Positions 60,786-64,000 of a stretch of DNA of 64,000 nucleotides are shown one piece after another. The DNA is from Lophium mytilinum. Its lineage: Eukaryota. The notes beneath the pieces were generated by a model that saw nothing but the letters and a program-made list of their open reading frames with translations, did no database searches and had not been told where the DNA came from. The first letter of the stretch is position 1, and every line of letters starts with the position of its first letter. The translations under genes were made by a program, and so were the position numbers. The stretch spans positions 901,032-965,031 of the forward strand of contig MU004182.1 of the NCBI GenBank assembly GCA_010093605.1, written 5' to 3'.

Positions 60786-61493
60786 TGGGTCTTCGCGACG
60801 CTCACAGGCAGCAGATTCGACGGCCGGCACGGGGTGGCGCGAGGGCTTCAACGGGCAGATCGACGGGGTTCCGGGGTAGAGCAGCAGCAGCAGCACAAGC
60901 AGCAGACGTCAGAGGGTCGATATGTATCGCAGCGGGAGCGGCGGAGGGGCGGAGCGATGTCGTAGCTAGTGAATCGGGGGAGGATCATACATGGCCCTGG
61001 CACAGTAGTATGTAGTAGGGTGCGGGGGGGGGAAGATTTTGGAGTCGTGGGTGGTCTGCCTTCTGCCTGATATTTGCAGAGAGAGAGAGAAGAGAGCTCG
61101 CACTCGCCCGGGGCTGGCAGCACGCACACGCAGCAAGCAAAAGCAGCAGCAGGGCAGGGCGGGCAGATCAGTGGTGGGTGGTGCGCGCGCGAGGCTGAGC
61201 TTCAGCCCTCTTGTAAGCCTCGCTCCCCAGCCGGCGGCCTTGTCTTTTTGCAGACGCAGCCACGTCCGAGAGCGGATGAGCCAGCTGACGGCCGATTCGT
61301 TCGCTGAGGGGGGGAGTCCCCCGATTTCCAAGGGTTTCCAAGGTTTCCTCAGCCTGGAGACATGCGCCGGCCCTGCGAGTGGCCAGACCGCCCGCCTGCA
61401 GAAGGGAATGCCAGCGAGCTGCAGTGGAAAGAGTGGACCGCTTTGATAGCCCAAAAAGAAACCCGCACTGCACTCTGCGAGGTGCGCACACGC

Positions 61494-61636
61494 TGTTAAG
61501 ATTATTGACCGTGCGTAGTAGTAGATCGCTTTAGGAGCTGAAGTAAGGGTGGACCAAGTAGAAAGTCCACCCGCTCATGCATGTATATAGTCTAGTCTAA
61601 GCCCTAGATAGTAAATAAATCTATTAAGTTTTAATA
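61494..61636 (+). repeat. Putative 5' LTR (143 bp)
   Basis: Starts TGTTAA and ends TTAATA (TTAACA with one C>T), directly followed by the PBS. The partner LTR is not in the window. Confidence 0.65.
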
Positions 61637-61648
61637 GGTTATAAGCCC
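61637..61648 (+). other. Copia-type primer binding site GGTTATAAGCCC (de-RIP GGTTATGAGCCC)
   Basis: Matches the GGTTATG(A/G)GCCC internal-tRNAiMet PBS type of copia elements with one G>A change in a RIP context. Confidence 0.7.
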
Positions 61649-62983
61649 GGCGCTTTACAGCGTACTAAGTAACTATCTATTAAATCTATACTCTTTAGAT
61701 TCTACTTAAAACTAGAAGAGTTATAAGAATTATATACCTATAGATATATATAAGTAACTTATAAGTAAATATATTATCTCTAAAATATAAAAGTATTATC
61801 TAAAGAATATAAAATAAATTATTACTATAGGTATAAAGGTAAAAGTATTATCTTTAAGATATAGATTTTATCTATAGAATATAAAACTACTTATAGCTAT
61901 AGGTATAAAGTAAGGTAAAAGATAGTCTACTAATACTACTTAAATATCCCTTATAAAAGTAAAGTAAGAAGAATATAAATAGTAAGAAAAAGAAATAACT
62001 TATTATAAAACTACTATAAATGTAGTAAGTAAGTAACTCCTTACTATTTAATAATAAGTTATAGTAGTAAGGGGTAAGTAGAATATAATATAATTAGGTA
62101 GGTTTCTACTTCTTTAGAAAAGTTTTCCTACTAAGTAGATAGTTCTTAGACTTATAGTTCTTAATCTAGTAGAATATAAAAGTCTCTAGCGTATTCTAGA
62201 TAATAGCTTTAGATATTCTATAACTACTCTTTAAGATTATTTATATTCTTATTATTATTTCTTTCTTAGAGGTCTTTATCTTTATATTTTTCTCTTAAAG
62301 AGCTACTTACTACTTTAATTATACTAAAAGCTACTAAAGTACCTAGAATAAGTTTATTTTATATAGAAATAACTACCTAGAATAGTAGTAAGAAGTAGAA
62401 AAGAGAGTTAAAGTAAGTAGAAAAGAAGGGGAGAAAGTGCTAAAAGGCTACTAATAACCTTTCTACTGCTGCATTAACGTTAATATTAAAAAAAAGCGCA
62501 ATAGTAAGCTTTATCTTTAATAAAGCTAGTAAATAGTCTAGGGGTAGTAAATAACTATAAACTTAAAGCTACTACTATAGATAGTTATTTATTATAAGTT
62601 TTAATAAAACCTGCCTTAAGTAAAGCGCTTTAAGTATCTATTATAGCCTCTTCTACCTAAATCTACCTTCTAGCTAGAAAGAGTATATTAAGAGGCGTAT
62701 AGGTAGTAGAAAATAATAACCTTTTAAATAACCCTTTAAATAACTCTTTAGATAATAATAATAATAAATCCTCTAATAATAACTAAAATAATAGTTAAAC
62801 CTCTTAAGCATAGTAAGTATAAACTAAACCCGCGCACTAAGTATATATTAAGCCTTTTTAGGCACTACTAAATTCTTTTCTATAAGAATTCCCATTTATT
62901 CTATTAACTAATAGTAAGATAAATATTTAAAATATTATTAACTACTATAGAAGCCCCTCCGGGGCTTTCTCTTAAACTATTAG

Positions 62984-63103
62984 AGCGCCTACCGGGGCGG
63001 TAGTAGTATTCTTAATATCTAGGCCTAGATAACTATACTTAGCGCCTACCGGGGCGGTAGTAGTATTCTTAATATCTAGGCCTAGATAACTATACTTAGC
63101 GCC
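62984..63103. repeat. Exact 57-bp tandem duplication (about 2.1 copies)
   Basis: 62984-63040 is identical to 63041-63097, followed by a further AGCGCC. Confidence 0.95.
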
Positions 63104-64000
63104 CCTCTATAAACTATAGAAATCTATTTAACTAAATATTAGTATAGTTATAACTACTATTAGATTAATATCTAAACTTAACGGCCTAAATTTATATCGC
63201 CGCTAGAGTAACTAAATAGAACGGGCGTTAAGAATTAGATAATTTTAGGGTTTTATTAGTAGTGCCTATAATTATTTTAGCTCTAATAACCTATAGTTTA
63301 TAAAGATAGATAGCTAGTATAAGAGTCTACTAGAGTAAGGCTATAAAGAAGAAATATAGCTATTAGTAGAAGAAGTAAGAATATTTAAGAAGTTATAGAG
63401 TCTTTTAGAAAAAAAGTATATATAGAAGGGGGGTATAATATACTATACTCTTTAATAGTATTAGTATAGGGCGACTTATATAAACCTTAGGTTAGTAAAA
63501 GCTTTTATTAAAGAGCTTAAACTAATTTAAGATTACCTCCGGGCCCTTTATTTAAATTATATAAAGAAGGGTTTTAAAGTTAACTTCTAGTTCCTAAATA
63601 ACCTTAGTACCTAGTTCTAATACTTAGTTACTATAAAATTAAATAAACTAGCTATAATTAACCCCTATAAGTCTATAGACTTTAACTACCTAGCCTTATA
63701 GTTTATTAAGGAAGAGAAGCGTATAGAAGTAAAAGAAGACGCTATTACTACTATAGCCTAGTATACTTATACCGCGCTTATAGTAATAATACCCGCGGCG
63801 GCAAGTACTAGGTTAATAGCTATAGTAGAGAAAGTAATAACGCGCTTTAAGAAAGTAAAGAGTAAGCTTTTCTATAAGTATTATAAGAAACCCGGATATA
63901 TATAGAAAGTTAGATTTACTAGTTACTAGAATTACCTAGATAATAAGAAATACTATCCCGCTAATAGAGTTAATAAGGGTAGAAAGGGGGGTAAGAAAAG

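Larger units (their letters stand above)
61494..64000 (+). mobile_element. RIP-degenerated Ty1/copia LTR retrotransposon (5' part; continues past the window end)
   Basis: Abrupt shift to AT-rich, TpA-rich DNA almost lacking CpA/TpG, with no ORFs. LTR-like TGTTAA..TTAATA, a copia-type PBS and a de-RIPped CX2CX4H motif. Confidence 0.8.

Noticed and set aside
61770..61925. Degenerate repeats (TATTATCT, GAATATAAAA, CTATAGGTATAAAG)
   Set aside because: May be an old duplication of about 70 bp, but the low complexity left by RIP makes unit boundaries unreliable.
62984..63103. Palindromic direct repeat resembling a CRISPR repeat
   Set aside because: Two adjacent copies with no spacer, eukaryotic context and no cas genes.

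Overview
64 kb of a filamentous ascomycete (Pezizomycotina) genome, judged from the short GT-AG introns with CTRAC/CTAAT branch sites, fungal gene families and RIP-mutated DNA. I can support about 27 protein-coding genes and found no rRNA, tRNA or CRISPR. The main feature is a roughly 18.6 kb, 10-gene cluster (10887-29518). It holds two divergent AtuA/DUF1446 proteins, two 4CL-like acyl-CoA ligases, two crotonase-type enoyl-CoA hydratases, a MaoC-type hydratase 2, an SDR, an ABM/Dabb protein and a Tri12-like MFS transporter. Most of the enzymes end in PTS1-type tripeptides. Four intergenic regions share the palindromic motif CTAATGA-N-TCATTAG (two full copies, two partial), and two promoters are dense in CreA-type sites. 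I interpret this as a co-regulated peroxisomal CoA-thioester pathway of unknown substrate. Flanking genes: AA11 LPMO, Swc3-like, alpha/beta hydrolase, secreted proteins, GT31, a GRC3/RPA34 head-to-head pair, ApsB/Mto1, APC11, a probable remote Atg31 homolog, a CsgA-like SDR, GT34 and a KLAP1-like zinc-finger protein. The window ends in a heavily RIP-mutated Ty1/copia retrotransposon, recognised by its LTR, PBS and a gag zinc-knuckle relic. All family calls come from recognising motifs by eye, and exon boundaries are inferred from splice consensus.
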